From positions 62,001 to 126,000 of the IMG/VR virus record IMGVR_UViG_3300045961_000282: 64,000 nt of DNA, one strand, 5' to 3'. Under the pieces are notes generated by a model. It ran no database searches and was not told the DNA's origin. It saw only the letters and a program-made list of their open reading frames with translations. Positions 1 to 8,696 of the stretch are shown here, one piece after another. The number at the start of each line of letters is the position of its first letter. Position 1 is the stretch's first letter. Position numbers and translations under genes: made by a program.

Positions 1-1741
1 CGCTGGTCTCGAACGAAACCCTTCCCATCGCCCATGCTTCGGGATCGGCCCGGTTGGTCAATACCAGCGCGATCTGGTTCGCCAACTCCGCCGGGCGGTA
101 CCCGACAGGAACGGTACACAGGACATTGTTGACGTTCCTACCTGTCGTCAACGCCGCGCCCGTCCTACGGAACAGGGCGGAGAAGATGACGATCTGCCCA
201 ACCCGAGTTACCTTCGCTGCCGCATAGGCGCCCCAGTCTGGGGCATACGCACACTCGACCGTGCCCTTGCCTGCCATTTCGTCGGCGTACGCCTTGGTGG
301 CCGCATCCTCAGCCACCGAGGGGGTCGCCACTTGGAGTTGGACGAGGTTGCCAAACCCTCCATCCTTGACCTGCATCCGGTTGTTCGACCCCAGACCAAT
401 GGTTTGGAAGGACACGCCCGGCTTGTGGAACCGAATCCTCGGGTCGGCCGCGTTCTGCACCTCGAAGCCCAGTTGGGCAGTGTTGGTCAACTGCCCAGAC
501 ATCGTGTCGCCAGTTTCGTTGACCTTACCTGCCAGTGCGGTGGAAACCGCATTCTGACTGGGCGCCTGATCGGTGATGGAGCCCGGAGACATGGAATTGA
601 TAACTCTGCCGTTGGCATAGGCCTTTGAGGCGTTGACACTCATTGCCCTGTCGGTCTCAGATCCTGCCGAAGTGTTCAGGATTTTTCCGTCGACATATCC
701 CTTAGTGGCAATTCCAAGATTCGTGGTTGGACTTCCGACAATTTCAATAAGACCAGTTTGATTGCTGATTCTCAAAGCATCGGTGGCCGACGCATAGTCC
801 TTGCGCCACAGCCGGAACCGCACGTCGCCAGCATCTGCGCCGAGCGAGACTACCTGCGCCACCCACCCCCATCCATCGCGCGCCAACGTCAGGGCCGAAT
901 CGCCAGTGGGGGACGCGACGGCAAGGGCGTTGGCGTGGCCGCTGGCATCTGCGGTTACTTCGAGTCGAGGGGTTCTCAAAGTTCCGGTCATGCTGTCGCC
1001 ATCGACGTTGACGTACCGCAGGTCGGCCTGCTCCAAGGTCAGACCGCCGCCCGAGTCATCGTCTGTGTCGACCCAGATCTCGATGTTCGGGTCGACAGGC
1101 TGTTCTGCGTCGACCCAGACCTCTTTGACTCCGCCGCCGCTGGATGCCGTGACCGGGATCCACATGTCGTGGTCGGTGGAGTAGACGTGGGTCTTCGCGT
1201 CGCCGTGGGTGACATTGAATACCCGGATGCCGAAGACCTCGCAGGTTGCGCCGCCAAGCAACTCGATGCCGAACTCCTGCGGGGCCTTGTGCATAGAGGT
1301 CAGGGATATGGTTTGTTCCTCGTCCTGAACCTCGGCGAGTTTCCCGCTGACGACGAAACTCTGGGAGACGCGCACCTCGCCAGTCACCTTGCGTACGTCG
1401 AACTCGACGTGGATCGCGTCGCCGTCCTGCCAGCCAGAGGCGTCGTACTGCGCCCGCGCAAGGCCCTTGCTCGCAGGGCCAGTCAGGCGCACCACTCCGC
1501 CGCCCAGAGTCGTCAGAGCGACAGAGTCATAGCCGAATCCAAAGTTCAGTCTCCACTGGGTGGCGTTGGCGCCCCAGCCTGCAGTGATCAGGTTCGGCGC
1601 GATGGGTTCGATCCACACCATGCCCGCGGCGTAGAACTCCGGCGCGCTGGTGCCCACGTAGGGCTCGGCTCCGGCATCCCCCGTCGACACGAGGGGAATC
1701 CACTGGTCCGTGACGGGATCGCGGTACCACAGTTTCGCCAT
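1..1741 (-). CDS. Tail fibre / receptor-binding protein, 3'-truncated by the window edge
   Basis: Absent from the ORF track, consistent with no stop inside the window. Translated by hand at both ends: ATG at 1741 gives MAKLWYRDPVTDQWIPL..., and the frame is open near base 1 with the fibre motif DAATKAYAD and a C-terminal ...LCTVPVGYRP... typical of fibre tip domains. GGAGG lies upstream. Confidence 0.8.
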   Translation of the reverse strand, partial: MAKLWYRDPVTDQWIPLVSTGDAGAEPYVGTSAPEFYAAGMVWIEPIAPNLITAGWGANATQWRLNFGFGYDSVALTTLGGGVVRLTGPASKGLARAQYDASGWQDGDAIHVEFDVRKVTGEVRVSQSFVVSGKLAEVQDEEQTISLTSMHKAPQEFGIELLGGATCEVFGIRVFNVTHGDAKTHVYSTDHDMWIPVTASSGGGVKEVWVDAEQPVDPNIEIWVDTDDDSGGGLTLEQADLRYVNVDGDSMTGTLRTPRLEVTADASGHANALAVASPTGDSALTLARDGWGWVAQVVSLGADAGDVRFRLWRKDYASATDALRISNQTGLIEIVGSPTTNLGIATKGYVDGKILNTSAGSETDRAMSVNASKAYANGRVINSMSPGSITDQAPSQNAVSTALAGKVNETGDTMSGQLTNTAQLGFEVQNAADPRIRFHKPGVSFQTIGLGSNNRMQVKDGGFGNLVQLQVATPSVAEDAATKAYADEMAGKGTVECAYAPDWGAYAAAKVTRVGQIVIFSALFRRTGAALTTGRNVNNVLCTVPVGYRPAELANQIALVLTNRADPEAWAMGRVSFETS

Positions 1742-1822
1742 CAGGTGGGCTCCGATCCTCCAGTTCTGCCGCTCACCGCAGGGTATCGACGCCCACCGCT
1801 GCGGCGGCCCTCAAAACGCGAA

Positions 1823-2584
1823 TCAGCCGTTCAGCGGCACCCACCGCGTGCCGTTCCATGCCTTGGCATCCGAGCGCCAGCGGGTGCCGTTCCACATCTG
1901 GATCGGGTCCATCGCAACCCATGCAGAGCCGTTCCATGTCTTTGCTTCAGACTTGTCCTCGGGAACCTGTTGAGGCCCGGCCCATGTCGAGCCGGTGCCG
2001 TCCCAGAACATGTACACGTCGTCGATCCACGTCGTGGCTCCCGCCAGTTTGGTGAAGCGCAGCACCTCGGTGGAGGTATGGGTGCCGGTCAGAGGGGCAG
2101 CGCCCCCGTAGGGATTCTTGGCATTCACCCACTCCGTCCCGTCCACCCGAACGATCGCCTGCCCGACGTCCTTGCCGCCCGGCTTGAAGTAGACCTCGAT
2201 GTAGTGCCACTTGTTGAGGGTCAGCGTGTTCGTGGACGTGCCCCAGATCAAGAGTTGCGCGGTGTCACGCACCCGTATCTGCCCGGTCTGGGTGAGGCCC
2301 AGTGCGATGTCGGGGTTCGCCGTCGGGAACACCGCGAGAGCGCTGTTGACGACCGTCGTCGCCGAACCATACTTGAGAGCGAACCCCGCCCGCACCGAGC
2401 CCGAGCGGGCTCGTCCCTGCGCTGATATGGCGCGAAATGGGACGGTCGAGAGCGTTGCCCCGAAGAACTGCAAACACTTTCCCGTCCTGCCCGCGTCGAT
2501 GACGGAGAGGCCCGTGGCGGCGTCTACCCACGTGGGAGCAGAGTCCTGTGCGATGTTCGCACAGTTCCACAAGTAGTCAGTCAT
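1823..2584 (-). CDS. Putative fibre-tip adhesin (ConA/LamG-like beta-sandwich plus C-terminal triple WNGxxW repeat)
   Basis: 253 aa. LNKWHYIEVY...AIVRVDG...WIDDVY is a lectin-like pattern; it ends WNGSAWV-WNGTRW-WNGTRWV. Confidence 0.65.
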   Translation of the reverse strand: MTDYLWNCANIAQDSAPTWVDAATGLSVIDAGRTGKCLQFFGATLSTVPFRAISAQGRARSGSVRAGFALKYGSATTVVNSALAVFPTANPDIALGLTQTGQIRVRDTAQLLIWGTSTNTLTLNKWHYIEVYFKPGGKDVGQAIVRVDGTEWVNAKNPYGGAAPLTGTHTSTEVLRFTKLAGATTWIDDVYMFWDGTGSTWAGPQQVPEDKSEAKTWNGSAWVAMDPIQMWNGTRWRSDAKAWNGTRWVPLNG

Positions 2585-2587
2585 GGC

Positions 2588-3994
2588 TCAGCCCGCCGGA
2601 AGCCAGATGGTGCCCACGGTCGGGTTGGCGGGCGGGGTGGCACTCACCACGACCTTGCTGTCGACATACTCCTTGGTGGCAGCATGATCGGGTAGCGTCG
2701 GCTCCGCGACGGAGATGGGGATCAACTTCCCCGAGAGGGTCTGCCGGAAGTTGATCCCGTCGGCTTCGTCGGACCAGATCGACCGATCCACCGGACCCGA
2801 GAATCCTGTTCCCGTCTTGAGGATCAGGTCCTTGATCTCAAGGCCCTTGGCGGCCATGCGCCCGTTGGTGTTGTTGATGCTCAGCGTCGACTCGATGTAT
2901 GTGCCCGCGGCGTCATACCGGGCGACCGCCCACTCGCCGGGCTTGACCGACTGCTTCCAGCGGCGGATTCCGTCGAAGTGGTGATTGGTCGAGGTCTCGG
3001 TAGTCCCATAGGCGCCGGTGATGCCGTTGAGGTTCAGCGGGCCTTCCATGGTGTCGCCAGTCTTCTTGACGTATTCGAGGCCCGCTTCATCGACATATTG
3101 CTTGTTCGCCGCGTCGGTATTGTTCCCGGGCAGCGGCACGTTCCAGATCGCGCGCCCGTTGACGTCGATGGCCGGGCCGAGGATCGCGTCAGGCCCTTCG
3201 CGCGTGGCGAGGTTGAACATCAGGGGCCCCGTCATCGTGTCGCCGGTCTGCGCGACATAGCGGTCATCAGCCTCGGCCTGACCCATTCCCGATAGGCCGT
3301 CGACGTACTGCTTGTTTACCGCGTCCCGGTCATCCACCGGGTCGGCGAGGTTCGTCACCCGCTGCGGAGCCGTCCCGTTGTTCGTGATCTTGATCGGCTG
3401 ATTGCTGCCCAGTTGCAGATAGTCGATCCCGCGGATGTCGGTCCGCTTGCTGTACATGTCCATCTGGTCGATGGTCGAGTATTCGTTGCCGATCCCCACC
3501 ATCACCCAGTCATCGGTAGTGCGCTTGTGCAGGCCGAACGACGCCTGCTCGATCACCAGCGAGCCGGTCATCGTGTCGCCGGTCTTGGCCACGTAACGGT
3601 CGTCCAAGGCGAAGCGGTCGACATGGATCAATCCATCGTTGCCCAGTTTTGCCGCGTTGCCGGGGTCGGTGGACACCTTTGTCGGCCCCTCGGGACCAAT
3701 CGGACCCTGAATGCCCTGTGGCCCCTGTGGACCCTCACTGCCCTGTGGCCCCTGCTGGCCCTCGGGTCCGGGAGGCCCTTCGGGGCCCTGAACTCCCTCG
3801 GGGCCCTGAGGGCCCACGTCACCCTGCGGGCCCTGCGGTCCCTGCTCCCCCATGCCGACCCACTTCAGGCCGTCCCATGTCTTGGGCTGCCCATCGGTGG
3901 TGTCGAAGTAGGTGGCGCCCACGATCGGGCTGGCCGGAGGCGCGGCGAGCGCCACCAGCCCGATCGGAACGACGAACGTGTGAGCCTTGGCCAT
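2588..3994 (-). CDS. Collagen-like tail fibre protein
   Basis: 468 aa. Gly-X-Y run, repeated [11 protein letters not shown] and DAxNKxYVD motifs, ends [12 protein letters not shown]-terminus paralogous to 6295..7941. Confidence 0.8.
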   Translation of the reverse strand: MAKAHTFVVPIGLVALAAPPASPIVGATYFDTTDGQPKTWDGLKWVGMGEQGPQGPQGDVGPQGPEGVQGPEGPPGPEGQQGPQGSEGPQGPQGIQGPIGPEGPTKVSTDPGNAAKLGNDGLIHVDRFALDDRYVAKTGDTMTGSLVIEQASFGLHKRTTDDWVMVGIGNEYSTIDQMDMYSKRTDIRGIDYLQLGSNQPIKITNNGTAPQRVTNLADPVDDRDAVNKQYVDGLSGMGQAEADDRYVAQTGDTMTGPLMFNLATREGPDAILGPAIDVNGRAIWNVPLPGNNTDAANKQYVDEAGLEYVKKTGDTMEGPLNLNGITGAYGTTETSTNHHFDGIRRWKQSVKPGEWAVARYDAAGTYIESTLSINNTNGRMAAKGLEIKDLILKTGTGFSGPVDRSIWSDEADGINFRQTLSGKLIPISVAEPTLPDHAATKEYVDSKVVVSATPPANPTVGTIWLPAG

Positions 3995-4103
3995 TACGGT
4001 GGTCCTTCCGGGGGTGATGCCTCTCTGTCAGGGTAGCCGTGAGCCGCGCTCCCAAGGGGGCGTTTCCTCCAGTCGCCCCGTTCTTGCCGCCACGGCACTT
4101 TCG

Positions 4104-4928
4104 CTAGAAGGGACTCACGCTCAGTCGTTCGAACGAACCGTTGGCGACGCCCATGTATGCCCCCGCCCCCGCTCCACTCGAACGGCCTGCGCGACCCGCA
4201 ACCCTGAACCAGTTGCCATCCGCAGGGGCCGAGATGATTCCGGTGAGCACGCCGTGCGCGGTCCCGCCCCCAGCGAATCCCGTAGGAGCCCATAAGGATA
4301 ATACCGGAGAGAATGGATAGATAGTCCATCCAGATCCGTTGTAAGTCTCGAATCTAGCCTCTCGGAAAACCTGCTCACCAGAATCTGAAAAAATTGTCAG
4401 TGACACGCGATATGTGCCCTGCCCAAGCCACACCTGCCCATTCGCCTGCCACGCTACGCCTGTTTCGATTCCGTTCAGATGAAATCCTGATTTGATGGGA
4501 AGTCCATCGAATTCTCCCCAGCCACCATCGGCGGTCGGCCTCCACGCGCTTTCCTGACCATAGATTATCGAAATTGGAATACCGCGATCAACATCTTTTT
4601 TCTTGGCATACCTGTCATCAAGGATGCTCTCAGGAACGTAGATCAGGTTGTCGGTCCCCAGCGTCGCGAAATTGCCCGGGTCAACCGAGACGGCCGTTGG
4701 GCCCGCTGGCCCCACGGGACCCTGAATGCCCTGCGGGCCCTGCGGGCCCTGTGGTCCATCGCTTCCCTGCGGTCCCCGCTGCCCCTCGGGGCCGGGGGGT
4801 CCTTCGGGACCCTGAACCCCCTGCGCCCCCTGCGGACCAACGGCCCCCTGCGCGCCCGCCGGTCCGGGCGCGCCGACGATCGGCACGTACTGGCCAGAGG
4901 CCTCATCCCAGACCTTGAGAACGCCCAT
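4104..4928 (-). CDS. Collagen-like fibre protein with an AT-richer C-terminal domain
   Basis: Start moved to [14 protein letters not shown] (GGAGG upstream). Gly-X-Y repeat, then VSVDPGNxAxLGxDxLI shared with 2588..3994. Confidence 0.8.
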   Translation of the reverse strand: MGVLKVWDEASGQYVPIVGAPGPAGAQGAVGPQGAQGVQGPEGPPGPEGQRGPQGSDGPQGPQGPQGIQGPVGPAGPTAVSVDPGNFATLGTDNLIYVPESILDDRYAKKKDVDRGIPISIIYGQESAWRPTADGGWGEFDGLPIKSGFHLNGIETGVAWQANGQVWLGQGTYRVSLTIFSDSGEQVFREARFETYNGSGWTIYPFSPVLSLWAPTGFAGGGTAHGVLTGIISAPADGNWFRVAGRAGRSSGAGAGAYMGVANGSFERLSVSPF

Positions 4929-4945
4929 CAGCCCTCCTGCGGTTA

Positions 4946-5578
4946 CTATCGCCCGACGGCGATGTAGTAGATGCGGAACGCCCCGCCGTTGAAGGTGTGC
5001 CACAGACGAACCCATCCGAGCGATGGATTGTTCGGGTTCATCGCCGTGACCTGCCCGGCGTTGGCGCCGACGTCGCCGTTGATTGCATAGAAACTGATGA
5101 TTTCCGAAAGACCGGGAACTTTGAAGTCAGACGTCCCACCTCCGGAAAGAACTGCAGTTCCAGCCACCAATCTGGCCCCTTCGCCCATGATCGCGTCAAC
5201 GTAGCCCTTCGTAGCGGCTTCGTCGGCCTCGACTGGATTCGCGACCTTGACCCGAGCCTCTCCCGTCACCGCATCTGGGGTCGGCCGTGTGTAGAGCACT
5301 CCATTCTTGGCCTTGACGGTTTCGACGCCACGGACCTCGATGGTGCTCAACGGCCCCGTCATCGAGTCGCCCGACTTCTGCACGAACGACGACACGTCGG
5401 GAGCAGGCCCTTCCGGGCCCTGCGGCCCCTCGGGACCTTGGGCTCCGTCGGCTCCCGCAGGACCTTGCGGTCCCTCGGGGCCTTGGGGACCGGGCGGTCC
5501 CTGTGGGCCGCGAGGACCTGCCGTGTTCAGGGACCGCCACTCATTGGTCTCCGGGTCGCGGTACTTGATGACACCCAT
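4946..5578 (-). CDS. Short collagen-like fibre protein
   Basis: Start [14 protein letters not shown] is TGATG-coupled to the upstream stop. Gly-[10 protein letters not shown] and AATKGYVD motifs. Confidence 0.8.
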   Translation of the reverse strand: MGVIKYRDPETNEWRSLNTAGPRGPQGPPGPQGPEGPQGPAGADGAQGPEGPQGPEGPAPDVSSFVQKSGDSMTGPLSTIEVRGVETVKAKNGVLYTRPTPDAVTGEARVKVANPVEADEAATKGYVDAIMGEGARLVAGTAVLSGGGTSDFKVPGLSEIISFYAINGDVGANAGQVTAMNPNNPSLGWVRLWHTFNGGAFRIYYIAVGR

Positions 5579-6291
5579 CAGGGCCTGCCTAGTGGAACCC
5601 AGCGGGTGCCGTTCCACACCTCAGCCTCGTGGCCAGATACCCAGCGGGTTCCGTTCCACAGTTCTGGGTAGGTCCACTTAGTGCCATCCCAGATCTGACC
5701 CGAAATCAAATCGGGTGGGTAGTTGAAGTTGCCGAAACTGAACCTGAATTCATCCTCTTCCCACTTGTTTGCACCCAGCCTGACGAAAACTACGTCCTTG
5801 GACCATGATATTAGGTGGCTGCCGATTATTTTCCAGCCCAATATTTTGCCGTTGTTTAGGGCGGGGGCGTATTCGAAGAACACCAGATCGTCTACGAAGC
5901 GAATTCGAAGCCATAAATATTGCAAAGAAACAGTTTCAGATTGTACATAATCTGTCCATCCCTGAGGATGGGTAACCGTTCCTTCTATCGAATCCGTTGA
6001 AACGAAGATGGACGCTTGCGCAGGACTCTTGCTTGAGTGAACTGAGAATTCAAGCGTAGCGTGATTGTATGGCCATTGAGTGACATCAATACTACAGAGC
6101 GCGTAAGAATTATCTGGAATGTAAGACGGATACGACTGCGCAGAAAACTCAGAAATGCCTACTCCGCCATCCTCCACCCACGCGCCTTGGTCACCAAAGC
6201 CTTCAACCACATCCCAGTCCCACCAGTTGCTCAGTGAATCCCTGAACTCGTGAAGTGGGATCGCAACAGCGCGCTCGTCGGGTTCGGTCAC
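5578..6291 (-). CDS. Putative fibre-tip adhesin (beta-rich, low GC) with C-terminal triple W(D/N)GxxW repeat
   Basis: 237 aa. Visibly AT-richer than its neighbours; ends WDGTKW-WNGTRW-WNGTRWV like 1823..2584. Confidence 0.65.
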   Translation of the reverse strand: MTEPDERAVAIPLHEFRDSLSNWWDWDVVEGFGDQGAWVEDGGVGISEFSAQSYPSYIPDNSYALCSIDVTQWPYNHATLEFSVHSSKSPAQASIFVSTDSIEGTVTHPQGWTDYVQSETVSLQYLWLRIRFVDDLVFFEYAPALNNGKILGWKIIGSHLISWSKDVVFVRLGANKWEEDEFRFSFGNFNYPPDLISGQIWDGTKWTYPELWNGTRWVSGHEAEVWNGTRWVPLGRP

Positions 6292-6294
6292 AGA

Positions 6295-7941
6295 TCAGCC
6301 CGCCGGAACCCAGATCGTGCCCGGTGCCGGATCGGTCGGGCGGGTGGCGGCGATGACGACGTTGCTGGCTGGCTCCGTCCACTGGGGACGCCCGTACATA
6401 TCAAGAGAGAGAACCTTTCCCTCCTGAGCCAACGCGTTCCCTAGGTCGATCCGTGGCAACAACCGCAGCGCGTACGCGTTGCCACTCCGCTGGATCAGAG
6501 TGATGGGAGTCCAGTGCGCATTCTCGTCGCCCGGGTACGAGGGGGGCTCAAGAGTGGGGCGGTTAAACGTACACTGCCACAGCGCCTTGCTTGGCTCGTG
6601 CCACACGATGTCGCCGACGAAGTACCGACCACCCGCCTCCCATGTCGCGGGTGCCGCGGGCGGATTCGACGTGTCATCGGTTCCGCGCAGTGACGAGTAG
6701 AGCCGGGTGAGCCACTCGGATGGGTCGGGACGGTTTCCTCCGGGAATCCTCCACGTTGGCTCGCCATCCACCATAGTCAGAACTGATCCATCAGTTCCTC
6801 CGGTGAAAACCTGCACCTCTCCGGCAGGCCAACCTCCAATTACGAGATCGACACCCAAGTCGATGTCCCAGCCCATACTATTCGGGTTAATCGACTTGAT
6901 GGTATAGGTCTCCAGATCCGTACCACCGGACCGAATGAAAACAAACGAATCGCCCGCCTTGAGCGATGAGAAGTAACTCTCGCCGTCTGTACCGTTCTTG
7001 TCTACGCTGGCAACCCACGCCATCTTGTAACTGGAATCTACGGTCCATGAACCCGGGGCGAACCTGCCAGCAACGCCCCACGAGGTGCTCTTGGTGTAGA
7101 CCAGCGGGGGTTGGGCGGGCGGCAGTCCCTCATTCGGGACATCCATCGGCTCCCACTGCCCCTCAGCAGTGGTGCCCAGCACCTTGCCCGCCGGAGTGTC
7201 GGCCGGGGCCGTGACATCGGTAAGACCGTCGAGCACGCTGGCTCCGGGCTCGATCGGAATCGTCACCCCGCCAGAGCGGACATGGACCTTGCTGTTTTGG
7301 ATCCACATGGAGCCGTTTGAAGGGTTGGATGGCACATCACGCCAACCGTTTCCGACGGTGAGCACGCCGCCGATGAACAGAGGTCCGTTGGTGGAGGTGC
7401 CTTCCGGGGTGATCTCAAGATATGGGTAAGCGGGACCTTCGTCGACAGTCAGGCGAATCTTCCGCTTCTGAACAATTGCAGAAGTGGTCGAATCTGGCTT
7501 CATAGCCATTTCTTGATAGACTCGGAACTCTCCGAACGACTCGACAATCGACGTCGGGCCGGGAATCCATTCCTTGGCGACCGAATCCCAAATCAAGAAA
7601 ACGCGGCTGCTTCCTCCGTCCGGCAGCGCCGCAGCGCCCCCCTCGCCGCCCTCGGGCTCGGCGTCGGTGTCCCACCACAGGCCGGTGCGCTGCGGGTCCG
7701 GCGCGGGGGCGGGGGGCTCGTCGGGCTGGGCGAACATGATCGGGTACTGCAGATGGTCGTCGCCCTCCAGCCCGGTGAGTTCGCCGTGGTCGGCGACGCC
7801 GGACACCCACTGGGTGCCGTCCCACGTGCGGACCAACTTCAGGGTGGTGTCGAAGTAGGTGTCGCCCACGGCGGGGCTGTCAGGTGCTTCCGCCAGCGCG
7901 ACCAGACCAACGGGGACGACGAACTTATGTGCCTTGGCCAT
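6295..7941 (-). CDS. Tail fibre protein with a possible carbohydrate-binding module
   Basis: 548 aa. MAKAHKFVVP N-terminus; WEAGGRYFVGDIVWH...LWQC resembles CBM5/12-like modules; ends PAPGTIWVPAG. Confidence 0.75.
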   Translation of the reverse strand: MAKAHKFVVPVGLVALAEAPDSPAVGDTYFDTTLKLVRTWDGTQWVSGVADHGELTGLEGDDHLQYPIMFAQPDEPPAPAPDPQRTGLWWDTDAEPEGGEGGAAALPDGGSSRVFLIWDSVAKEWIPGPTSIVESFGEFRVYQEMAMKPDSTTSAIVQKRKIRLTVDEGPAYPYLEITPEGTSTNGPLFIGGVLTVGNGWRDVPSNPSNGSMWIQNSKVHVRSGGVTIPIEPGASVLDGLTDVTAPADTPAGKVLGTTAEGQWEPMDVPNEGLPPAQPPLVYTKSTSWGVAGRFAPGSWTVDSSYKMAWVASVDKNGTDGESYFSSLKAGDSFVFIRSGGTDLETYTIKSINPNSMGWDIDLGVDLVIGGWPAGEVQVFTGGTDGSVLTMVDGEPTWRIPGGNRPDPSEWLTRLYSSLRGTDDTSNPPAAPATWEAGGRYFVGDIVWHEPSKALWQCTFNRPTLEPPSYPGDENAHWTPITLIQRSGNAYALRLLPRIDLGNALAQEGKVLSLDMYGRPQWTEPASNVVIAATRPTDPAPGTIWVPAG

Positions 7942-8015
7942 CGCGGCGTTCCTCTCGGGGACGATCTGTGCCTACCGTGAGAGTACCGACGGAAGGCGGC
8001 GGTGGAGCGTCGTTT

Positions 8016-8174
8016 TCATTCATCTGCGGCGTCCGACCAGACCGAAATCCAATGGCCCTCACCATCGGACACCCAGACCCCCCGCGCGGGCGCCCACTGC
8101 CCCTCGTCGGTCATGACAGACACCGCAGTGGGCGGGACCCACCCCGTTCCGTCGCAGACCGTCAGCGGGTTCAT
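8016..8174 (-). CDS. Small 52-aa triple-Trp hairpin protein (below the ORF-track cutoff)
   Basis: ATG at 8174 overlaps the upstream TGA (TGATG). Hand translation: MNPLTVCDGTGWVPPTAVSVMTDEGQWAPARGVWVSDGEGHWISVWSDAADE, with three D-G/E-x-x-W units. Confidence 0.75.
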   Translation of the reverse strand: MNPLTVCDGTGWVPPTAVSVMTDEGQWAPARGVWVSDGEGHWISVWSDAADE

Positions 8175-8632
8175 CAGTATTGGATCCACACCGTTCCGGC
8201 GGGCTTGAGGCCCGAGGCTGGCTCCCGCGAGGTGATGAGCGCCGAGTCGCCGCGGCGGACCTCTTCGTCGGCGGGCGGGAACAGGGCGAACACCCCGTCG
8301 CCCTCGGTCTCGACGTAGAGTTTCAGGTTGTCCGGCGCGCGCGGGCCTTCGAGGCCGATCTGGACCTCGTCGATCAGCGCGGCGGAGATGGTGATGGTTC
8401 CGTCGCCGTTGTTGACGATCATGTCGCCGAGGACGTCCTGCGGGCGCAGGTAGTGCCCGTCGTGGGTGTGGTCCTTCAGCGCGTAGTTGTTCGAGACGTA
8501 GGTGAAGGTCGGGAACAGCGCATCGACTTCATCCTTGGTGTAGAAGTCGTCGAACTCGCTGTGCGCGTGATTGGGGACGTCAGGTTGCTCCCACTCGCCA
8601 GTGACGCCGTTGAAAATCCACACCTTGGCCAT
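8174..8632 (-). CDS. Short fibre-associated protein
   Basis: 152 aa. MAKVWIFNGVTGEW start, HxH metal-type fibre motifs (HAH, HTHDGHY), ends PAGTVWIQY. Confidence 0.7.
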   Translation of the reverse strand: MAKVWIFNGVTGEWEQPDVPNHAHSEFDDFYTKDEVDALFPTFTYVSNNYALKDHTHDGHYLRPQDVLGDMIVNNGDGTITISAALIDEVQIGLEGPRAPDNLKLYVETEGDGVFALFPPADEEVRRGDSALITSREPASGLKPAGTVWIQY

Positions 8633-8696
8633 CTGCCGCCCCTTGTGTCATTGGAGGACAGGGGGGCCCACTCGGGCCCCCCTGTCCGTTGTTCGA

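Noticed and set aside
1527-1730. 67-aa ORF-track call, and the apparent gene gap at 1-1800
   Set aside because: The real gene is in another frame, starts at 1741 and runs off the window edge.
1823-7941. Possible diversity-generating retroelement or shufflon behind the duplicated fibre ends
   Set aside because: No reverse transcriptase or invertase, no adenine-specific TR/VR pair seen, and all cassettes are in the same orientation.
8091-8134. Inverted repeat CGCCCACTGC...GCAGTGGGCG as a terminator or ncRNA
   Set aside because: It lies inside the 52-aa gene 8016..8174, has a 24-nt loop and no U tract.
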